A stretch of DNA of 64,000 nt, taken from contig BPGD01000001.1 of NCBI GenBank assembly GCA_026002855.1, positions 1,079,972 through 1,143,971 of the forward strand. The letters are read 5' to 3'. Positions within the stretch are counted from its first letter, which is position 1. The number at the start of each line of letters is the position of its first letter. The position numbers and the translations under genes were made by a program. This document shows, in pieces, positions 29,583-37,408 of this stretch. The notes beneath the pieces are model-generated. The model made no database searches, was not told the origin of the DNA, and saw nothing but the letters and a program-made list of their open reading frames with translations. This stretch comes from Bryobacteraceae bacterium. GTDB lineage: Bacteria; Acidobacteriota; Terriglobia; Bryobacterales; Bryobacteraceae.

Positions 29583-30280
29583 ATGCAGTATTCCATCAGC
29601 CGGGGAGGACAGACCTACGGACCGTATCCCGAGGAGGACATCCGCCGGATGATTTCCGGGCGGAGGATTGTTGCTTCGGATCTGTGCTGGACGCGGGGAA
29701 TGCCGCAATGGCAACCCGTGAGCCAGGTGATCGGGGTTCCGGCCGTGGCGGCCGTTCAGCCTCCCACAGCCCCGCATCGTGCGGCGCTTCACGCTCCCCG
29801 GGGCCGTGCCACGCGCCGGGACCGCGCCGGCAGCGGCCGCCGCCTGGCCCGCCCCGCCCGAGCTGCACTGGCTTGTCGTGTTGCTGCTCGGCTGGATTCC
29901 ATGCGGTATTTTGGTCTGATCTGGGTCTTCGTCCAGGCCAATTTCGTGAAAAAGATCGATCCTGCAAGTCCTGCCCGCGGATTTTTCATTGGTTCTCTGG
30001 CAGTATCGCTCCTGACGTACCCGGCGATGTTTCTTGCCTCTTTCGTGGACCGGCCCGGGGTCGCAGTCATGGCGCTGGCGCCGCTGTTGATGCCGGTCTC
30101 GATCGCACTGTTTTTCCCCGGAGTTTTTCCATGCGGCGCTCGCTTCTGCATCATTACAGTACGGTGGAAAATATCGGACTTCGGCTAAATTCAGTACTGA
30201 CGTTGTTCTTCATCGTTCTCTATTTCCAGTATCATTTCAGCCGGATTACGCGCTGGAAGCGCACGGGAATTCTCCATTGA
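29583..30280 (+). pseudogene. GYF_2-domain membrane protein gene, apparently disrupted by three frameshifts
   Basis: The protein-like reading changes frame three times, each at a short homopolymer run:
- an N-terminal GYF-like domain (MQYSISRGGQTYGPYPEEDIRRM...WQPV)
- PPELHWLVVLLLGWIPCGI in another frame
- back to GLIWVFVQANFVKKIDP...
- a third frame for MRRSLLHHYSTVENIGLRLNSVLTLFFIVLYFQYHF, which ends 1 nt before the next gene's ATG. Confidence 0.5.
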
Positions 30281-30281
30281 G

Positions 30282-30563
30282 ATGAAGCGCTTTCTGCTCC
30301 CCGCGTGCGCCGCCGCTGCCCTGGCCGTCCTGTACGCGGCAGACCCGGCGACAACTCCGGTCTACCCGTCATGCCTGTTCCGCCTCTGCACCGGTGTGAG
30401 CTGCCCGGGATGCGGAGCCCCGCGGGCCGTGCACGCGCTGCTGCATCTCCGCTTTGAGGAGGCCTGGAAGCTGCATCCTTTGTGGACGACCGCCGCGCCG
30501 CTGCTGGCGCTCTGGGCCGCATGGCGGATGCTGACGCGAAGAAAAGGGAGGACAGGGTCTTGA
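30282..30563 (+). CDS. DUF2752-domain membrane protein
   Basis: 93 aa with YPSCLFRLCTGVSCPGCGAPRAVHALL (the CxxC-containing DUF2752 signature). Confidence 0.7.
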   Translation: MKRFLLPACAAAALAVLYAADPATTPVYPSCLFRLCTGVSCPGCGAPRAVHALLHLRFEEAWKLHPLWTTAAPLLALWAAWRMLTRRKGRTGS

Positions 30564-31693
30564 GCCGGACTCAAACCGCCGGGCGCGTGGCCGTGCCCGG
30601 ACGCGTGAATCTGATCGGCGAACATATCGACTACCACAATCTGCCGGTGCTGCCGGTGGCCCTCGACCGGCGCATCATCGCGGACTGGCGCGCGCTTGAA
30701 GAGCCGGTGGTCCGCGCCGCCAGCGAAGGATTCGCCCCGCGCGAGTTCCGCCTGGCGGCCCCGGTAAAGCCCTGGCCGGCAGGCGACTGGGGCAACTACG
30801 TGAAGGCCGCCGCGGCAGCGGCGCTCGGCCGCTGGCCGCTCGACCGAGGCGTGGAGCTGGAGATTCGTTCCACGCTGCCCGCGGCCGCCGGCCTCTCATC
30901 TTCCACCGCGCTGATGACGGCCTGCGCCCTGGCCCTTCTTCAGGCCAACGGCGTCGAGGCCGGATTTGAGGAGTTGATGGAGATCCTGCCCGAAGGCGAA
31001 TATTTCGTCGGCACGCGCGGCGGCGGCATGGATCATGCGGCGGTGCTCGCCTCGCGCGAGGGCTGCGCCCTGGTGGTCGAGTTTGCCCCGGTGCGGGTCA
31101 CGCCCGTGCCAATTCCGCCAGGCTGGGCCTTTCTGGTGGCTGACAGCGGGCGGCGGGCGGAGAAATCGGCCGCCGTGCGCGAGCAGTACAACGAGCGGCG
31201 CTTCGCCGGACAGCGCGCGGCCGCGCGGCTGGGCTTTTCCAGTCTTCGCGAGGCGCTTGAACGGGAAAGCGCCGAAGAGCTGGAACGCGCGGCGCAGCAG
31301 AAGCTGGAGGGGATGGAGCAGCGCTGTTTCCTGCATGTTGCCGGCGAGGCGGCGCGCGTGCGCCAGGCGGTGCAGGCGCTGCAAGAAGCCGATGCCGGAC
31401 GCTTCGGGCGTCTCCTCGATGAGTCCCACGCGAGCCTGCGGGACCTGCTGGGCGTGAGCACGCCGGAGCTGGACGCGCTGACCGCGGCGGCGCGCGCCGC
31501 GGGCGCCCTGGGCGCGCGGCTCACCGGTGCGGGCTTCGGCGGCGCGGCGGTCGTCCTCTGCCGGGAGGAAGACGTGGAACGAGTCGCGTCAGGGCTCGAA
31601 GCCCGTTATTACGGCGGTGCCGCCGGGCCGCGGCTGTTCCGCGCCGTGCCCTCCGCCGGCGCGCTCGAGCTCATTGCCAGAGCCGGCGAATGA
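30521..31693 (+). CDS. galK: Galactokinase (GHMP kinase)
   Basis: VPGRVNLIGEHIDY signature and the GHMP motif LPAAAGLSSSTAL. An alternative TTG start at 30560 is preceded by GGGAGGA. Confidence 0.85.
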   Translation: MADADAKKREDRVLSRTQTAGRVAVPGRVNLIGEHIDYHNLPVLPVALDRRIIADWRALEEPVVRAASEGFAPREFRLAAPVKPWPAGDWGNYVKAAAAAALGRWPLDRGVELEIRSTLPAAAGLSSSTALMTACALALLQANGVEAGFEELMEILPEGEYFVGTRGGGMDHAAVLASREGCALVVEFAPVRVTPVPIPPGWAFLVADSGRRAEKSAAVREQYNERRFAGQRAAARLGFSSLREALERESAEELERAAQQKLEGMEQRCFLHVAGEAARVRQAVQALQEADAGRFGRLLDESHASLRDLLGVSTPELDALTAAARAAGALGARLTGAGFGGAAVVLCREEDVERVASGLEARYYGGAAGPRLFRAVPSAGALELIARAGE

Positions 31694-33473
31694 CGTGGAT
31701 CAGCACCAGGCCGCTCGCCACGAACAGGGCGCCAAGGGCGGCTGCGTAGTGCAGCCGTCCGTACAGGATGTTGCCCACGGTGAACAGAGCGGACCAGATG
31801 ACGATGCTGCCCGAAAGCCATCCGAGCAATGACAGCGGAATGTTGTCGGCCTGCGACCATTCGGCCGCTTCCTGCTCGCTGATGCCGGCCATCTGGCGCA
31901 CCCGCCGCCACCCGGGGCCGGCCGGATGCACCTTGCGGTAGAAGCGGATGAGCGCCTCGCGGTCGGTCTGCGGCCCCAGATACGCCACCACCAGCCAGCA
32001 GACGGTGGTGCAGAGCACGGTGAGAAACAGCTCCTGGTGGGTGCCGATGCGGATGTCGTGCCGGCGCAGCGCAAGGAAGACGAGCGACATGCCGAAAGAG
32101 CTGATCATCGCGGCGATCTCGCACCAGGCGCTAATCCGCCACCAGAACCAGCGCAACAGATAGAGCAACCCGGTACCCGCGCCCACCTGAAGCATGATGT
32201 TGAAGGTGTCCTGGGCCGTCTCAAGGAAAAACACGAGCACCGAGGAAATGAGGAACAGCAGCACCGTCGAAATGCGGCCCGCCATCACATAATGCTTCTC
32301 GTCGCGGCCCGGCCGCAGGAAGCGGCGGTAGAAATCATGCACCAGATAGGAGGCGCCCCAGTTCAGGTGGGTAAGGATCGTGGAGGAGTTCGCTGCGATC
32401 AAGCCGGCCAGCATCAGCCCCATCCAGCCGGCAGGCAGGAACTTGAGCATCGCCGGATAGGCGATGTCATGGCCGATAAGCGACGGGTCGACGTTCGGGA
32501 ACGCGTGCCGGATGTCAGCCAGCGTGGGGAAAACGATGAGCGAGGCCAGTCCGGTAAGCATCCACGGCCACGGTCGCAGGACGTAATGGGCGAGGTTGAA
32601 GAAGAGCGTGCCGCCGAGCGCGTCTTTTTCGGATTTTGACGCCAGCATTCGCTGCGCGATGTAGGAGCCGCCGCCCGGCTCGGCGCCCGGATACCACACC
32701 GCCCACCACTGAATGGCCAGGGGCATGATGAATACGGCCGTGGCCAGTTCCCAGTTGCTCGAGAAATCCGGCAACAGGCTCAGATAGTTCAGCCCGCCAG
32801 GGCCCTGCATGGCGCTGACCTTCTCCACCAGGCCCGTGAGACCGCCCACCTGGGGAAGCGTGACCGCGAAATAAGCAGCCGCAATCACCGAGCCCATCAT
32901 GATGAAGAACTGGATCATGTCGATGACCAGAACGCCCCAAAGGCCCGAGTGCGCCGCGAAGACCACGTTGAGCAGACCCACCACCAGCAGCGTCTGCCAG
33001 CGTTCGAATCCAAACAGGATGCCGGCGATCTTGCAGGCGGCCAGATTGACGCTGGCCATGATGATGCAGTTGAAGAAGAAGCCCAGATAGACCGCGCGGA
33101 AGCCGCGCACGGCGCTGGCCGCCTTGCCGGCGTAACGGAGCTCGTAAAACTCGAGATCCGTAAGCACGCCGGAGCGCCGCCACAGGCGCGCGTAGAAGAA
33201 CACTGTCGCCACGCCTGTCAGCGTGAACGCCCACCACTGCCAGTTGCCGGCCACGCCCTGCGTGCGGACAAAATTGGTCACCAGATTGGGCGTGTCGCTG
33301 GAAAATGTCGTGGCGACCATCGAAAGACCAGCCAGCCACCACGGCACGGACCGGCCGGAGGCGAAGAACTCCGCCGTGTTCTTCCCGGACCGCTTCCCGA
33401 AGAAGAGCGCGGGCGCAAAACAGATGAGGAGGGATCCTGCGGCGATCAGCCAGTCGAGCGCGGTGAGGTTCAT
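31671..33473 (-). CDS. Sodium:solute symporter family (SSF) transporter
   Basis: Start trimmed to MNLTALDWLIAAG. About 13-14 hydrophobic segments and SSF-like motifs (FFASGRSVPWW). Confidence 0.88.
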   Translation of the reverse strand: MNLTALDWLIAAGSLLICFAPALFFGKRSGKNTAEFFASGRSVPWWLAGLSMVATTFSSDTPNLVTNFVRTQGVAGNWQWWAFTLTGVATVFFYARLWRRSGVLTDLEFYELRYAGKAASAVRGFRAVYLGFFFNCIIMASVNLAACKIAGILFGFERWQTLLVVGLLNVVFAAHSGLWGVLVIDMIQFFIMMGSVIAAAYFAVTLPQVGGLTGLVEKVSAMQGPGGLNYLSLLPDFSSNWELATAVFIMPLAIQWWAVWYPGAEPGGGSYIAQRMLASKSEKDALGGTLFFNLAHYVLRPWPWMLTGLASLIVFPTLADIRHAFPNVDPSLIGHDIAYPAMLKFLPAGWMGLMLAGLIAANSSTILTHLNWGASYLVHDFYRRFLRPGRDEKHYVMAGRISTVLLFLISSVLVFFLETAQDTFNIMLQVGAGTGLLYLLRWFWWRISAWCEIAAMISSFGMSLVFLALRRHDIRIGTHQELFLTVLCTTVCWLVVAYLGPQTDREALIRFYRKVHPAGPGWRRVRQMAGISEQEAAEWSQADNIPLSLLGWLSGSIVIWSALFTVGNILYGRLHYAAALGALFVASGLVLIHVIRRLWQ

Positions 33474-33575
33474 GGGCGTGCCTGAAGGATGAGGATACCG
33501 CAGGGGTGGGATAGGCGAAGGCAGGCAGGAAACGCGCGGCGCCGCCCGCGAAGGCGGCGCCACCGCGGAACCGCC

Positions 33576-34421
33576 TCAGCTCGAGTGAATTCTGCGGAAA
33601 TTGGCGAGGCACTTCTCCACCGTCTCAAACGGTGGCAGGTCGTAGCCTTCCTGCTCAATCAGGTAAAATTCGACGCCGCCGACGGATTCAGCCGCGGCGA
33701 AGATGGCCTTCCACGGAGAATCGCCTTCGCCGAAGAGCACGCGGTAACCCTTTTCTTTGGACCAGTCCTTGCAGTGGATCGACTTCAGCCGGCCGGGATT
33801 CGAGCGGATCCACGCCGCCGGATCGTTGCCCGTCTCCACACAGGTGCCGACGTCGAGCTGGAGGACTACCGATTGGGGCGTGTTCTTCGCGATGATTTCC
33901 AGCGGCTTCTGCCCTTCCACCGGCCGCCATTCCATCTGATGGTTGTGATAACCGACCGAGAGGCCTGACTTGCGGGCGATCTCATCGGCCTTCGTGAGAA
34001 CATCCGCGACCTTCTTCCAGCCGTCGGCCGTCGGCTCCACCTTGCCCGGGCTGGCCATGATGATGTACTTGCTGCCTAGCGTCTGGTTCCACTCGATCGT
34101 CTTCGCCATGTTTTCCGGCAGCAGGTTGTTGGCGCCGTTGTGCGTGGACAGGCACTTCAGGTTCAGCTCGTCCAGCAGCTTGCGCATCTCCCGGATCTGA
34201 TCCATGGTCCAGTTGATGTACGGACCGTAAAACTCCACGCACTCGTAGCCCATCTTGGCCACGGCGCGCACGGGGGTGAAGATGTCCTTGGCCATCTCCT
34301 GGCGGACCGAATACATCTCGAGCCCGACCAGGGGACGCTTCTTCTGGGCAACTGTTGGCAGCGCCGCCGCAACGCCGGCGGCGGCGAGGAAGGATCGGCG
34401 GGAAAGCTCGCGTGTCATCAT
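33576..34421 (-). CDS. Tat-signal xylose-isomerase-like TIM-barrel protein (sugar phosphate isomerase/epimerase family)
   Basis: Start trimmed to MMTRELSRRSFLAAAGVAAALP (SRRSFL Tat motif). YHNHQMEW and IHCKDW motifs. Confidence 0.8.
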   Translation of the reverse strand: MMTRELSRRSFLAAAGVAAALPTVAQKKRPLVGLEMYSVRQEMAKDIFTPVRAVAKMGYECVEFYGPYINWTMDQIREMRKLLDELNLKCLSTHNGANNLLPENMAKTIEWNQTLGSKYIIMASPGKVEPTADGWKKVADVLTKADEIARKSGLSVGYHNHQMEWRPVEGQKPLEIIAKNTPQSVVLQLDVGTCVETGNDPAAWIRSNPGRLKSIHCKDWSKEKGYRVLFGEGDSPWKAIFAAAESVGGVEFYLIEQEGYDLPPFETVEKCLANFRRIHSS

Positions 34422-34570
34422 GACGTAAGAGACGATATCACAGCGCAAGGGTAGCCGCTCGGCCAAAGCTCCCGGGCAGTGCGGCGAAATCGGCGCGCCG
34501 GCCGGCGCAAAGAGCCGGCAGGCAGGCGCTCAGGTTGCCTGACCGCAAAGCGTCCGCCGCGACCGCGGGG

Positions 34571-35425
34571 TCAGGAACAGCTCTTGCCCTTCTTGAACTT
34601 CCTCACGCCGCCTGGGGGAGCAGCCACAGGAGCCGGAGCCGCAGCCGGCGCTGCCGTCAGTCCAGGCCCAGACGCCGGGGCCGGTCTGGCTGTTGCCTGC
34701 GACGGCGCCGGCTGCGCCGCCACTGCTTGCGGCCGTCCTGCCATCGCGTAGCCCACCACGAGTCCGAACGCCAGTACGACCGTAAACATGGCCGCCGCTG
34801 AGTGGGGCGTAAGGCGCACCTGCCAGACACGCGGCTCATGAGCGCTTGCGTTGCCCCAGACCTCGGTTGCTGCAAACGCAGCCAGCGCGATCAGGACGAT
34901 CGCAGCAGCCACCAGGCCCGGTTGCACACCCAACACTTCGGGCAGCGTCTTGACGCCCATCTCGCCCCAGTGGTACAGAGGCTGAATCCAGTCATAGACC
35001 GAGCTGAACAGGAATGTGCCGGCAAACATCCCGGCAATGTAGGCAAAGGCGTCCAGCTTGCCGGACGCCGCGGCCACAGCCGATGTTCCCGGACAGTACC
35101 CCCCGATGATGAAGCCCGCCCCCAGCAGCAGCCCGCCGATGATCTGCGCGCCCAGGAAAGTTTCCTTCTGCGTCACCGCGTCGGCCTCCATCCAGCCCAT
35201 GCCAGTGAGGTAAAGCAGCCCGAGCATCGCCACGACAATTGCCGTGAACATCACGCGCAAGACAGCCCAATCCTTGAAATAAAAGATCGACGTGAGCTTC
35301 TTCGCGCTGCCGAATCCGGCCCGTTCCAGGAAAAATCCAAAGAGGAGCCCCAGGAAAAATATCGCAATAAAGCCTGCCTCTTCACCGATCGCTCCTGTCG
35401 CATACAGTGGCGCTTTCATTGCCAT
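34571..35425 (-). CDS. YeeE/YedE-family sulfur/selenium transport membrane protein (second half-transporter) with a Pro/Ala-rich C-terminal tail
   Basis: The GGYCPGTS motif and multiple TM helices. The start is MAMKAPLY; the second ATG at 35419 gives an ATGA overlap with the upstream stop. Confidence 0.8.
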   Translation of the reverse strand: MAMKAPLYATGAIGEEAGFIAIFFLGLLFGFFLERAGFGSAKKLTSIFYFKDWAVLRVMFTAIVVAMLGLLYLTGMGWMEADAVTQKETFLGAQIIGGLLLGAGFIIGGYCPGTSAVAAASGKLDAFAYIAGMFAGTFLFSSVYDWIQPLYHWGEMGVKTLPEVLGVQPGLVAAAIVLIALAAFAATEVWGNASAHEPRVWQVRLTPHSAAAMFTVVLAFGLVVGYAMAGRPQAVAAQPAPSQATARPAPASGPGLTAAPAAAPAPVAAPPGGVRKFKKGKSCS

Positions 35426-35934
35426 TGCCTCCTGACGAAATAAGCCAGCGAAAACGCGGCCGCGAATACCGCCATCATGAACGCCCAACTACCCAGAGAA
35501 AGTTGCGCCCCGCCTGTCAGCGCCTGGCCGCTCGTGCAGCCGCGCGCCAGCCGCGCTGCCACGCCCGTGATGGCGCCGCCGACAAATGCGAGCATCATCC
35601 GGGACCGGACCGAGGACCGGGGGCCCCGGTCCACTTCAAACTTCAGCCGTCCCGCGGTCAACGCCCCGATCAGTCCGCCCGCAAGGACGCCCGCGAACTG
35701 AAAGACCATCCAGTCCTTCAACGGGTTCTTCCCTTCTCCGGCGTACTGCTTCAGGTAATGGTTCGTCTCCGTCCAGGCGGGCGCAAGCTTCTCGCCCGCG
35801 GCCGCCAGGAATTGGGTGAACGCCCCCGAAGCGCCCAGCCCGCTGCCCAGCACGTAGAAGGCGGCCAGCAGCGTCAGCCCGACGCCAGCGCCGGCCAGAT
35901 AAGGATTCCAATACCTTGTCTCAGTCGAGTTCAC
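35416..35934 (-). CDS. YeeE/YedE-family sulfur/selenium transport membrane protein (first half-transporter)
   Basis: GTG at 35934 is preceded by GGGAGGTG and overlaps the psrC-like stop (GTGA). LARGCTSGQ motif. Confidence 0.78.
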   Translation of the reverse strand: MNSTETRYWNPYLAGAGVGLTLLAAFYVLGSGLGASGAFTQFLAAAGEKLAPAWTETNHYLKQYAGEGKNPLKDWMVFQFAGVLAGGLIGALTAGRLKFEVDRGPRSSVRSRMMLAFVGGAITGVAARLARGCTSGQALTGGAQLSLGSWAFMMAVFAAAFSLAYFVRRQWQ

Positions 35935-36863
35935 AAAAGCACCTCCCAATGGCTCGCCTGTCCGGCGAGAACAAGTACGGCCCGCAGCGCCAGGCCGCCG
36001 AAGAGCACGAGCACCGGAGCAACGGCCGAGTGCGCCACCTTCCCGCGTTCCTCCAGCCGCTCCAGCCAAACCGGCAGGGCCATGCCGAGGAAGCCGACGG
36101 CAACCCAGAAGATCGCCGTATACGGGCCGCCGAAGAACAGTTCAGCCGAAGCTCTCTGGGCTTGGCCGCCCGTCAGCAAAGCCAGGAAGAACAGGGTCAG
36201 CACCACCGCCTCCGCGGCAATAAACCGCACGTCGAGCCGCGCCAGCGTGCGCCGCCATTCGTGGTCCTTTTCGATCAGCACCAACAGCGCTGCGCCCGCC
36301 GAGAGGCCGCTGAGCAGGAACAGCGGCCCCAGCAGTGGCGAGTTCCACAGCGGCCTTGCGCCGAGCGCGCTCAGCAGGATGCCCGTGTAGATGCCCAACG
36401 CCACGCCGGCGGCGATGTTCAGCCCGGCGATTTCGCGCCGCAGCGGAAACGGCGCGCCGGTCACCCACCGCTTGCCCGCGGGTCCGAATTCGCTCCACGC
36501 CGCCCACCCGAACAGCAAAGATGCCGGATAGACCAGCGCCAGAATCCATGCGCCCCATGACATCGGCGCGCTCCATCGGAATGCCGTGTAAAAGCGCCAC
36601 ACATTCCACTTGTTCTCCAGGTCCAGGAACAGCGCGAACATGCCGATGCTCAGCACCACTGGCGCAAGCAGCGGCGCCACCCACGCCACCGCCGGGCTCA
36701 GCCGCTCCGCCGCCGTCCGCCGGTGCATCCAGCCCGAAAGAATCAGCAGCCCGGCCGCCAGCCCACCCAAAAACAGGTAGAGCGCAATCTCCCAACCCCA
36801 AACATGAAGCACCGGAAATGTTTCTGCGTTCCGGCCCGCAATGTCCACATCGATTGGCATCAT
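35931..36863 (-). CDS. NrfD/PsrC-type integral membrane quinol-interacting subunit
   Basis: Start trimmed to MMPIDVDIAG. About 8 TM helices. WGWEIALYLFLGGLAAG is typical of NrfD-family anchors. Confidence 0.85.
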   Translation of the reverse strand: MMPIDVDIAGRNAETFPVLHVWGWEIALYLFLGGLAAGLLILSGWMHRRTAAERLSPAVAWVAPLLAPVVLSIGMFALFLDLENKWNVWRFYTAFRWSAPMSWGAWILALVYPASLLFGWAAWSEFGPAGKRWVTGAPFPLRREIAGLNIAAGVALGIYTGILLSALGARPLWNSPLLGPLFLLSGLSAGAALLVLIEKDHEWRRTLARLDVRFIAAEAVVLTLFFLALLTGGQAQRASAELFFGGPYTAIFWVAVGFLGMALPVWLERLEERGKVAHSAVAPVLVLFGGLALRAVLVLAGQASHWEVLL

Positions 36864-36868
36864 CCCGG

Positions 36869-37405
36869 CTACTCCAGATAGAAAAGATTCGGCCTGGTGC
36901 CCGCTTCCGCCTTCAACGCCCGGTGATTCCGCGCGCCGAGCGTCTGCACGAGCAGACTCGAAGGGTCGTCCAGGTCGCCGAAAATCATCGCCCTGCTCGG
37001 GCAGGTCGACACGCAGGCCGGCTCCAGCCCTTCCTTCACCCGGTGCAGGCAGAACGTGCACTTCTCCGCCACGCCGCGCGAGTTGATGAACCGCGCATCA
37101 TAGGGGCATGCGGCCAGGCACGCCTTGCAGCCCGTGCAGAGGTTCTCATTCACAAGTACGACGCCGCCTTCGGCGTAATGGCTCGCCCCCGTCGGACAGT
37201 TCCACACGCACGGCGCATCGGAGCACTGGTTGCACCGCTCGGACAGGATCTCCAGATGCACGTTGGGGAACTCCCCGCGCGAACGCTGCGTCACCCGGCA
37301 GCGGAACGCATCCACGTCCACGCGATTCTCTACCTTGCAGGCCACCACGCAGGCAGCGCAGCCCATGCATGTGCGAAGGTCGATGGCCATCCCGTAGCGC
37401 GGCAT
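36869..37405 (-). CDS. 4Fe-4S dicluster electron-transfer subunit (PsrB/DmsB family)
   Basis: Four Cys clusters (CMGCAACVVAC, CNQCSDAPCVWNCP, CTGCKACLAACP, CTFC). Confidence 0.9.
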   Translation of the reverse strand: MPRYGMAIDLRTCMGCAACVVACKVENRVDVDAFRCRVTQRSRGEFPNVHLEILSERCNQCSDAPCVWNCPTGASHYAEGGVVLVNENLCTGCKACLAACPYDARFINSRGVAEKCTFCLHRVKEGLEPACVSTCPSRAMIFGDLDDPSSLLVQTLGARNHRALKAEAGTRPNLFYLE

Positions 37406-37408
37406 CCG

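Noticed and set aside
34520-34573. TGA after the YeeE/YedE tail (…KGKSCS), considered as a possible recoding site
   Set aside because: Read-through yields an Arg-rich, non-protein-like sequence that ends in the promoter region of the next gene, and there is no SECIS-like hairpin.
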